The notes under the pieces were generated by a model that was given only the letters and a program-made list of their open reading frames with translations, was not told the origin of the DNA and ran no database searches. From contig SVGP01000023.1 in assembly GCA_015056255.1 (NCBI GenBank), positions 1 through 24,000 on the forward strand: DNA of 24,000 bases, given 5' to 3'. Of the stretch, positions 9,126-16,554 are shown in pieces; the stretch's first letter is position 1; every line of letters starts with the position of its first letter. Origin of the DNA: Clostridiales bacterium. GTDB taxonomy: Bacteria; Bacillota; Clostridia; Christensenellales; Aristaeellaceae. The position numbers were made by a program, and so were the translations under genes.

Positions 9126-10196
9126 TTACTTATCGCCTCCATTCTTGGCTGCTGCTTCTTCAATGGACTGAAGTACCTGTTCGGGAGTGGGGATCATGCC
9201 GCCGGTACGGGAGCAGAGGGTCACGGGGCGCGAGCAGCGGATGGCAAGCTCGACATCCTCAATCATCTGGCCCATGTTAAGCTCGACCGAAATAAACGCC
9301 TTTGCGGTCTTGGCCTTTTCGAAAAGAACCTTCTTCGGGAACGGCCAAAGGGTGATCGGGCGGATCATACCGGCCTTGATGCCCTTTTCGCGCGCAGCGA
9401 CGATGGCGTTTCTGGCAACACGGGCAGCCACGCCGAAGGCGACGACCACGATGTCCGCGTCATCCGCCATGAATTCTTCGTACATCGCTTCGTTTTCTTC
9501 GATTTCCTTGTACATGGCATATCTTTTGATATTCCACTGCTCAAGCTCTTCCGGAAGCAGCGACAGGGAGTTTACGATGTTGTGGGTTCTTTCTCCCTTG
9601 GTGCCGGTGACCGCCCAGGGCTTATCGTACGCCTTGACTTCGCCCATGTCGAGGGAAACCGGCTCCATCATCTGACCCATAGTGCCGTCAGCAAGGATCA
9701 TGGTGGTCATGCGGTATTTGTCGGCAAGGTCAAAGCCCTTGAACACCAGGCTCGCCATTTCCTGAACGGATGCGGGCGCGAGCACCAGCATTCTGAAGTC
9801 GCCGTGTCCTGCGCCGCGGGTGGCCTGAAAATAGTCGGACTGGCTGGGCTGAATGCCGCCAAGGCCGGGCCCGCCCCTCTGTACGTTTACAATCAGCGCG
9901 GGAAGATCGCAGCCGGCCAAGTAGCTGATGCCTTCGCTTTTTAAGGAAATTCCGGGGCTGGAGGAGGAGGTCATAACGCGCTTGCCGGCGGAGGCAACGC
10001 CGATGACCATATTGATGGCGGCGACTTCGCTTTCCGCCTGAAGGAAGGTTCCGCCGATCTGGGGCATGCGCTTGGCCAGATACGCCGCAACCTCCGTCTG
10101 AGGCGTGATGGGATAGCCGAAATAATGGCGGCAGCCGGCCATGATGGCGGCTTCAGCCAGGGCTTCGTTGCCCTTCATAAGCACTTTATCTGCCAT
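9126..10196 (-). CDS. 2-oxoacid:ferredoxin oxidoreductase, alpha subunit
   Basis: MKGNEALAEAAIMAGCRHYFGYPITPQTE is the conserved alpha N-terminus. Start set at ATG 10196 (MADKVLMKG). The longer ORF would overlap the delta gene. Confidence 0.9.
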   Translation of the reverse strand: MADKVLMKGNEALAEAAIMAGCRHYFGYPITPQTEVAAYLAKRMPQIGGTFLQAESEVAAINMVIGVASAGKRVMTSSSSPGISLKSEGISYLAGCDLPALIVNVQRGGPGLGGIQPSQSDYFQATRGAGHGDFRMLVLAPASVQEMASLVFKGFDLADKYRMTTMILADGTMGQMMEPVSLDMGEVKAYDKPWAVTGTKGERTHNIVNSLSLLPEELEQWNIKRYAMYKEIEENEAMYEEFMADDADIVVVAFGVAARVARNAIVAAREKGIKAGMIRPITLWPFPKKVLFEKAKTAKAFISVELNMGQMIEDVELAIRCSRPVTLCSRTGGMIPTPEQVLQSIEEAAAKNGGDK

Positions 10197-10207
10197 AATC
10201 TTGTTTC

Positions 10208-10414
10208 CTACCTTTCCACAGTGATCACGCAGTCCGGGCACATGGTGGCGCAGAAAGCGCAGCCGATGCACTTTTCAGGTTCCGTGACCTTTGCCGGGTG
10301 ATGTCCCTGCTGGTTTAATTTCGTTTCGTCGAGCGCGACGATTTTCTTGGGGCATGCGCCCACGCAAAGGCCGCAGCCCTTGCATCTTTCCTCGCGGAAC
10401 GTTACTTTTGCCAT
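10208..10414 (-). CDS. 2-oxoacid:ferredoxin oxidoreductase, delta subunit (2x[4Fe-4S] ferredoxin)
   Basis: Two CxxCxxCxxxCP motifs: CKGCGLCVGACP and CIGCAFCATMCP. 68 aa. GGAGGAA ribosome-binding site. Confidence 0.9.
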   Translation of the reverse strand: MAKVTFREERCKGCGLCVGACPKKIVALDETKLNQQGHHPAKVTEPEKCIGCAFCATMCPDCVITVER

Positions 10415-10432
10415 TTATTTTTCCTCCGTTTA

Positions 10433-11101
10433 TCAATAGATCGCCCATTCGTCGCGGAAATGGAGCCGGATGGGCATGGGATGAACCACTTTGCCTTTGA
10501 TTTCGTTTATCAAATCCTCGCGGACGGTCGTGCCCAGAAGCGGAAGATTTGTTTTTTCGGAAACCTCTCTTGCAAGCGCGTCCGTTTCTGCGATATCCGA
10601 AACCGCAGTCATTTGTCCGAGATTGGAATTGTTGAGAAGGGCCGTAACTTTCATGCCGGAAGCGGTTTCCACTTCCCGAAGCACGCTGATCAATTGATCC
10701 GCCGTCCTCGTAAGCGGACGATAGAAGTTCATCACGAACACCATTTCGTAATCGTCCTCCGCCATTAAGGAAGGCGCGAGCCGTCCAAGCGCAAGCGCGC
10801 CTCTGTCGTCACCGCCAACGTCCACAACCGCGTGCGTTTGCTTGTCGTCGATGATCCTGTACATCTCTTCGGGCAGCGCGGGCACGTCCACATTGGTGTT
10901 TGCGTAGCTTGAAACCACGATTTCCACGCCCGCATCCTTCAGCGCCTTTTCGCTGTCTCTCGTTCTGAAATACGGGTTAACGATGTCAAGATCCGCTATC
11001 AGCGTTTTAAGGCCTTCTTTTTTGAGTCCCAGCGCGTAATTGACCGCGATATTGGTTTTGCCGCTTCCGTAGTGGCCTGAAAAAAGCGTTACTCTTTTCA
11101 C
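10433..11101 (-). CDS. P-loop NTPase of unknown function (MinD/ParA/CooC-like SIMIBI fold)
   Basis: The Walker A-like motif is FSGHYGSGKTNIAVNYA, followed by LIADLDIVNP and VVDVGGDDRG (Walker B-like). The GTG start abuts the ilvE stop (TAAGTG). No closer family is recognisable by eye. Confidence 0.7.
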   Translation of the reverse strand: MKRVTLFSGHYGSGKTNIAVNYALGLKKEGLKTLIADLDIVNPYFRTRDSEKALKDAGVEIVVSSYANTNVDVPALPEEMYRIIDDKQTHAVVDVGGDDRGALALGRLAPSLMAEDDYEMVFVMNFYRPLTRTADQLISVLREVETASGMKVTALLNNSNLGQMTAVSDIAETDALAREVSEKTNLPLLGTTVREDLINEIKGKVVHPMPIRLHFRDEWAIY

Positions 11102-12166
11102 TTATATTTTCTCCGTCCAGCCGAATGCGTCTTCCTTCTTGCCCCACTGGATGCCGGTGAGCTCGTCATACAGCTTCTGGGTGAGCTCGCCGATGTTCCC
11201 GCCGTTTACGACATAAGGAACGTCGTCCACGGACAATTCGCCGATGGGAGACACGACAGCCGCCGTTCCGCAGCCAAACGCCTCTTCAAGCGCGCCCGTT
11301 TTAACCGCCTCGGCCAATTCGTCCACGGAAAGGAGCCTTTCCTCTACCGGGACGCCCCACTTTTCAAGAAGCGCGATACAGCTTCTTCTGGTGATGCCGG
11401 GAAGAACGGATCCTGTGAGCTTCGGGGTAACGACGGTTCCGTTAATTTTGAACATGACGTTCATGGAGCCGACCTCTTCGACATATTTGCGCTCTACGCC
11501 GTCCAGCCACAGAACCTGGGCAAAGCCTTTCTTTTCGGCCTTTTCGCCGGCGCGCATGGAGGCTGCGTAGTTGCCGCCGCACTTGGCATAGCCGGTGCCG
11601 CCGCGAACCGCGCGAACGTCCTCGGTTTCGATCATAATACGGACGGGGTTTACGCCTTCCTTATAATAAGAACCGGAAGGCGAAAGAATGATGATGAAGG
11701 TGGCGTTGTTTACAGTGTGAACGCCCAGGAACGGGTCGTTTCCGAACAGGAAGGGGCGGATATAAAGGGACGCGCCTTCCGCGGAAGGAACCCAGTCGCG
11801 GTCGATATCGATCAGGGTTTTTAAAGCCTTTAAGCAGAATTCGCCGTCGATTCTGGGAAGGCAGAGGCGGTCGGCGGAATCGTTCATGCGGTCAAAGTTG
11901 TCCATGGGGCGGAACAGCTGAATTTCGCCGTCCGGACGGCGGTAGGCCTTCATGCCCTCGAAAATCTCCGCGCCGTAGTGAAGCACGGTAGACGCAGGCG
12001 AGATGGAAATGTTGCCGTAGGGAACGATTCTTGCGTCGTGCCAGCCGTTTTCGCGGTCAAACTCCATCACAAACATGTGATCAGTAAAAACTTTTCCAAA
12101 GCCCAGTTTGCTTGCGTCGGCGGGCTTTACTTTGGGATTCATATTTTTTTCAATACGGATTTCCAT
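11102..12166 (-). CDS. ilvE: Branched-chain amino acid aminotransferase (class IV PLP enzyme)
   Basis: LGFGKVFTDHMF, HYGAEIFEGMKAYR, GTGYAKCGGNYAAS, PGITRRS and GTAAVVSPIG blocks are typical of long-form IlvE. Confidence 0.93.
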   Translation of the reverse strand: MEIRIEKNMNPKVKPADASKLGFGKVFTDHMFVMEFDRENGWHDARIVPYGNISISPASTVLHYGAEIFEGMKAYRRPDGEIQLFRPMDNFDRMNDSADRLCLPRIDGEFCLKALKTLIDIDRDWVPSAEGASLYIRPFLFGNDPFLGVHTVNNATFIIILSPSGSYYKEGVNPVRIMIETEDVRAVRGGTGYAKCGGNYAASMRAGEKAEKKGFAQVLWLDGVERKYVEEVGSMNVMFKINGTVVTPKLTGSVLPGITRRSCIALLEKWGVPVEERLLSVDELAEAVKTGALEEAFGCGTAAVVSPIGELSVDDVPYVVNGGNIGELTQKLYDELTGIQWGKKEDAFGWTEKI

Positions 12167-12215
12167 TTGTCCATCCTCCGTTTTTTCTTTATTATACTAC
12201 ACTTATGTTATATCA

Positions 12216-14729
12216 TTATTGATTTGAAAGGCCAAATATTTCCGCAGCTTTTTCGCGCATCTTGTATTTTTGAATTTTGCCTGCGTCGTTCATGATGAAT
12301 TTGTCTACAAACCACACGTACTTGGGCACCTTGTGGCGAGCCATATTGGCGCGGACATAAGCCTTTACGTCCTCTTCCGTCATTTCCTCGCCCTCGCGGA
12401 CAATGACGCAGGCCATAATTTCTTCGCCGTACTGCTTATCGGGAACGCCGATGACCTGAACGTCGGAAATTTTGTCATGCGTAATTAGGAATTCCTCAAT
12501 CTCGCGCGGATAAATGTTTTCGCCGCCTCTGATGATCATGTCCTTGAGTCTGCCCGTCACGCGGTAGTTTCCGTCCTTGTCGCGGATGCAAAGGTCGCCG
12601 GTGTGCAGCCACCCTTCCCTGTCGATGGCTTCGTATGTTGCGGAGGGCATTTTGTAGTAGCCCTTCATGATGTTGTAGCCTCTGGCTACGAATTCGCCCT
12701 GCTCGCCGTCGGGCAGCTCCTTTCCGGTTGCGGGATCGATGATCCTGCATTCGATTTCGGGAAGCGCGCAGCCCACGGTCTGGGTGCGAACGTCCAGAGA
12801 ATCCTCATAGCATCTGCTCATCGTGCAGCCGGGCGCGGCCTCCGTCTGACCATAGACGGATACGATGCCGGTCATGTTCATGCGCTTGGCCGCTTCCCGC
12901 ATGACGCTTTCGGGGCAGTTTGCGCCGGCCATGATGCCGGTTCGCATGTGGGAAAAATCGGTCTTTTCAAAGTCCGGATGCGAAAGCATGGCGATAAACA
13001 TCGTGGGAACGCCATTAAAGCAGGTGATTTTTTCGCGGTTCACGCAGTCCAGCGCGGGCTTGGGCGAAAAGTACGGAAGCGGGCACATGGTGCTTCCGTG
13101 CGTCATGGACGCAGTCATGGAAAGTACCATGCCGAAGCAGTGGAACATGGGCACCTGGATCATCATGCGGTCAGCGGTGGAAAGATCCATTCGGTCGCCG
13201 ATGCATTTTCCGTTGTTGACAACTCCCCTGTGCGTGAGCATGACGCCCTTGGGAAAGCCGGTGGTGCCGGAGGTATACTGCATGTTGGCAACGTCGTCGC
13301 CCTTGATTTCGCTTGCGCGCCTGTATACTTCCTCCAGAGGAACCATGGGCGCACGGTCCATCATTTCATCAAACGTTAAGCATCCTTCCATTTTAAAGCC
13401 GACTGTAACGACGTTTCTTAAGAATGGAAGCCTTTGGGCGTGCAGTGGCTGGCCGGGCTCGGTGTGTTCAAGCTCCGGGCAAAGGCGTTTGATGGTGTCT
13501 ACATAGTTGGAATCGCGGAAGCCGTCCACCATGATAAGCGTGTGGGTATCGGACTGACGCAAAAGGTATTCCGCCTCGGCAATTTTGTAGGCGGTGTTCA
13601 TGGTGACGAGCGTCGCGCCGATTTTTGTAGTCGCCCAGAAGGCGATGTACCACGCGGGCACGTTGGTTGCCCACACGGTTACGTGGCTGTCTCGCTTGAC
13701 GCCCAGAGAAATGAGCGCACGGGCGCAGGCGTCCACATCGTCCCTAAACTGGGAATAGGTGCGCGTGTAGTCGAGGGTGGTGTATTTAAAGCACAATTGA
13801 TCCGGGAATTCCTTGACCATTCTGTCCAGCACCTGCGGGAAAGTCATGTCGATCAAGCTGTCGTGCTTCCAGACATATTTTCCGGTGCCCGCTTTATTGA
13901 GATACAATCCCTGCTCCCATGCGGGCGCGGGCTCAAAGTTTTTGACAAAGGAGGCAAAGTGCGCATACACTACGCCCGGGTCGTCCACTTCCTTAAGCCA
14001 CTCGGGATCCCATTCGAGGGAATAAAAGCCGTCGTAGCTGACGCTTCTTAACGCGCCGAAGATTTCCTTCATCGGAAGCGTGCCTTCGCCGAGCAGGCAG
14101 TATTCTGATTTTCCATCCTTAACGACCGAATCCTTCAGGTGCACATGCTTTACATATGCGCCGAGATTGGTGATCGTCTTTTCGGGCTTTTCGCCCATCA
14201 GGCGGTATGGATGGTGCACATCCCACAAAGCCGCCAGATGATCGCAGGCAAATTCATTTAAAATGCCGACCAGGCGCGAAGTATCGGCAAATATGCCGCA
14301 GGTTTCAATAAGCAAGGTAACGTCCGCCTTTTCAGCAAGCGGCAGAACTTTTTTAACCAGTTCCTTTACGTTTTCGTTTTCCTTTTCCTCGCCCTCGCCT
14401 GTTGAAAGCGCGCGCAGGCGTACAAAGGGAGCGTTTACCTTATCTGCAAAGGCGATGAGGTTTTTAATTTCCTCAGCTCTTTTGCCGTCTTCATCGTTTT
14501 CTGCGGGGTTCATGCGCGCATCAAGGCAGGTGATCGTGAGCCCCAGCGCTTTTAAGGATCGAACGGTGTGGTCGATTTCACCCTTTTGAAACGGCGCGCC
14601 AACGCCCGTAAACCGGCTTTCGCCGATATCGTGAATCTCGATGCCGTCAAGGCGCATTTCCCTTGCCACCGACACAAAATCGGCAAAGGAAAAGCTGTTC
14701 CAGCCGTAGGTGGATACGGAAAGCTTCAT
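12216..14729 (-). CDS. Fusion protein with an N-terminal xylose-isomerase-like TIM barrel (sugar phosphate isomerase/epimerase family) and a C-terminal AMP-forming acyl-CoA ligase
   Basis: Residues 1 to about 265 show TIM-barrel features (LDGIEIH, LLIETC, HLKD, SLEW). From about residue 290 the sequence is FadD-like, with YTSGTTGFPKGVMLTH (A3/P-loop), GQTE, WLHTGDL, RLKDMIIRGGENIYPREIE and a C-terminal GKIQK lysine motif. It overlaps the upstream gene by 4 nt (ATGA). Confidence 0.85.
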   Translation of the reverse strand: MKLSVSTYGWNSFSFADFVSVAREMRLDGIEIHDIGESRFTGVGAPFQKGEIDHTVRSLKALGLTITCLDARMNPAENDEDGKRAEEIKNLIAFADKVNAPFVRLRALSTGEGEEKENENVKELVKKVLPLAEKADVTLLIETCGIFADTSRLVGILNEFACDHLAALWDVHHPYRLMGEKPEKTITNLGAYVKHVHLKDSVVKDGKSEYCLLGEGTLPMKEIFGALRSVSYDGFYSLEWDPEWLKEVDDPGVVYAHFASFVKNFEPAPAWEQGLYLNKAGTGKYVWKHDSLIDMTFPQVLDRMVKEFPDQLCFKYTTLDYTRTYSQFRDDVDACARALISLGVKRDSHVTVWATNVPAWYIAFWATTKIGATLVTMNTAYKIAEAEYLLRQSDTHTLIMVDGFRDSNYVDTIKRLCPELEHTEPGQPLHAQRLPFLRNVVTVGFKMEGCLTFDEMMDRAPMVPLEEVYRRASEIKGDDVANMQYTSGTTGFPKGVMLTHRGVVNNGKCIGDRMDLSTADRMMIQVPMFHCFGMVLSMTASMTHGSTMCPLPYFSPKPALDCVNREKITCFNGVPTMFIAMLSHPDFEKTDFSHMRTGIMAGANCPESVMREAAKRMNMTGIVSVYGQTEAAPGCTMSRCYEDSLDVRTQTVGCALPEIECRIIDPATGKELPDGEQGEFVARGYNIMKGYYKMPSATYEAIDREGWLHTGDLCIRDKDGNYRVTGRLKDMIIRGGENIYPREIEEFLITHDKISDVQVIGVPDKQYGEEIMACVIVREGEEMTEEDVKAYVRANMARHKVPKYVWFVDKFIMNDAGKIQKYKMREKAAEIFGLSNQ

Positions 14730-16120
14730 ACATTGGCCTCCCTGTAAACGATCTTGTTAAGGGCGTTTAAGTACGCGCGGATGGACGCTCCGATAATATC
14801 TGTGGAAATGCCGCGCCCGGAATAGAGCTTGCCGCCGTCGCGCAGCTTTACCAGCGCTTCGCCCATGGCCTCGCGACCGCTGGTTACGGACTGAATTTCA
14901 AAATCGTCCAATTCGTAGTGGTGACCGACGACATTTTCAATCGCCATGAACGCCGCGTCGATCGGGCCATCGCCTGCGGAGAGACCCTGAACGGTCTCGC
15001 CCAGCTTATCAAGAACGATATGCGCGGTGGCGCTGATAATATTTCCGCTGTTGACCACGTAGCTTGAAAGCTTGTAGGTCGGGGGTACCTGAAGGGCGAC
15101 GGATGCGATGATCGCATCGAGCTCTCTTGCATCCACAGGCTTTTTGAGGGACATATTCTGAAACGCCTCAAACACCTTGGCAAGGTCTTCGCTGGAAAGA
15201 TCGTAGCCTAAGAGGGATGCGGCTCTTGCGACGGACGCGATGTCCGCGTTTTTATCGAGTTCCTTTTTGGGCTGCGCAGGAACGGCCAATTCTGCGCCGT
15301 TTAACGATTCCTTGGGCATGGCGCGGTCGAATCTTGCAATCAGGCTGACGGCTCGCTTCAGTGCAGTTTTGTCCACGTTGATCGCGGCTCCGACCTTTTC
15401 ACCCCTTGCGCTTAAGATATTGGTCATCTCTTCAAGGCCAGGCTGATCGCCAGAGGCGCAAACCGTGATCTGGTTGGCTCCGGCGCGGACTGCTTCAAAC
15501 GCGCAGGCGCAGGCCATGGAGATGGCGTTTCCGGTCTTTACGCCCACGTTTCTTTCGTGAAGCTCGGGAACGGATACATAAAGGCCCTTGATGAACGCGC
15601 CGAATTCGTCCGGCAGCATTTCGCCTGCGTCGTCCGAAACGGTGATCGTTTTTGCGCCTGCGTTCACTGCGGTTTCAACCGCTTTCGCAAGGAAGCTTTC
15701 CTCAGCGCGGGTAGCGTCAAGGGCGGTGAATTCAACATCCTCAATATAAGCCGCAGCGGTTTTTACCATCTGCTCAATCATTTCAAGCATGGCAGCCGGC
15801 TTCTTTTTATACATATACTCCATCTGAACGATGGAAACGGGCAGTTTTACGTTCAGGCGCGCTTTTTTTGCGTCCTTTACCGCATTGTAGGCCGCTTCCA
15901 CTTCTTCCATATTGAGAACCGGGCAGGAAACAATGCTGTTTACGGTCTGCTGCGCAACGGACTTGATCAGAATTTCATTGGCCTTTGCGCCTGCGATTGC
16001 GCTGGTTTCGATCACGTCCACATGAACGCCGTCCAAAATGCGCGCAGTTTCCAGCTTTTCTTTGAAGCTCATACCCTGTTTCGCCGAAAGCGTCGTTTCA
16101 ACAAGTCTGATGGTTTTCAT
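14726..16120 (-). CDS. 2-isopropylmalate synthase-like protein with degenerate catalytic motifs and an intact LeuA-type C-terminal regulatory domain
   Basis: The HMGL-like barrel aligns by eye to LeuA. DTTLRDGEQ is replaced by ETTLSAKQG, the metal-binding HxH(NDLG) by VKTGNAIS, and no HESGIH block is present. The C-terminus (GDGPIDAAFMAIENV...GRGISTDIIGASIRAYLNALNKI) is a good LeuA dimerisation/allosteric domain. Start set at the second ATG (16120), 8 nt after AAGGAG. Confidence 0.85.
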   Translation of the reverse strand: MKTIRLVETTLSAKQGMSFKEKLETARILDGVHVDVIETSAIAGAKANEILIKSVAQQTVNSIVSCPVLNMEEVEAAYNAVKDAKKARLNVKLPVSIVQMEYMYKKKPAAMLEMIEQMVKTAAAYIEDVEFTALDATRAEESFLAKAVETAVNAGAKTITVSDDAGEMLPDEFGAFIKGLYVSVPELHERNVGVKTGNAISMACACAFEAVRAGANQITVCASGDQPGLEEMTNILSARGEKVGAAINVDKTALKRAVSLIARFDRAMPKESLNGAELAVPAQPKKELDKNADIASVARAASLLGYDLSSEDLAKVFEAFQNMSLKKPVDARELDAIIASVALQVPPTYKLSSYVVNSGNIISATAHIVLDKLGETVQGLSAGDGPIDAAFMAIENVVGHHYELDDFEIQSVTSGREAMGEALVKLRDGGKLYSGRGISTDIIGASIRAYLNALNKIVYREANV

Positions 16121-16162
16121 ATTCATATCTCCTTTGGCTCAATATGCGCTTGAATCAATGTT

Positions 16163-16461
16163 TTTCAAAAAAACACGCCCCGGAAACACCTGTTTCCGGG
16201 GCGACAATTTTATTATCGCGGTACCACCCGAATTGATTGCCGAAAAAGCAACCCTCTCATTTAAGGTTCCAATAAACCCTGCGCCAAGATAACGGGGCGA
16301 ACCGTGACGCCTTACTGAAGAAGTTTTTGAAATTCTCCGTTCAGGCATCCTGCTCGAGAAGGAGATGATTCCAATCACTCTGCGCCGCCTCGCACCAAAC
16401 ACGGCTCTCTTCAGCAGGTTGGAAAGGAACCTGGTTCCGTCATAGCATTTGATTTTGCAAT
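16163..16461 (-). promoter_or_regulatory. T-box riboswitch leader 1 (inferred specifier CUC, Leu) with terminator/antiterminator
   Basis: The minus-strand RNA has a K-turn (UGCUAUGAC GGAA ... UUCU CGAGCA), an AG bulge (AGAGAG) and a distal loop (UUUGGUGCGA). The T-box sequence AAUUCGGGUGGUACCGCG lies at 16234-16217. The antiterminator CGGG[UGGUACC]GCGA...UCGC-CCCG competes with the terminator GCCCCGGAAACA-GG-UGUUUCCGGGGC plus a U7 run (16203-16163). The codon at the canonical position is CUC (16364-16362). Confidence 0.88.
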
Positions 16462-16467
16462 GGAGAA

Positions 16468-16496
16468 ACTATACCATTTCAAGCGCAATTTGTCAA
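16468..16496 (-). promoter_or_regulatory. Sigma-A promoter of T-box unit 1
   Basis: TTGACA (16496-16491), a 17-nt spacer ending in TGG (extended -10), then TATAGT (16473-16468). Confidence 0.7.
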
Positions 16497-16508
16497 TGCA
16501 CATTCTTG

Positions 16509-16534
16509 CAAAAATGATACTTTTAACATATCAT
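16509..16534 (-). terminator. Weak hairpin after the unit-2 ligase gene
   Basis: AUGAUA, a 9-nt loop, then UAUCAU followed by UUUUG. The stem is only 6 AT-rich bp, so read-through toward unit 1 is plausible. Confidence 0.25.
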
Positions 16535-16554
16535 CCTGCAAATCGCCCCATTTT

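Noticed and set aside
8808-9944. 378-aa plus-strand ORF, plus 9187-9675.
   Set aside because: It is antisense to the oxidoreductase alpha and beta genes, which have unmistakable motifs. It is a shadow ORF.
12191-12196. TATAAT between the ligase fusion and ilvE, as a possible internal promoter.
   Set aside because: There is no acceptable -35 hexamer at 16-18 nt and no TG extension. It lies in an AT-rich spacer where such hexamers occur by chance.
12603-14051. Several 200-260-aa plus-strand ORFs.
   Set aside because: They are antisense to the TIM-barrel::ligase fusion. They are His/Gly/Arg-rich reverse-frame artefacts.
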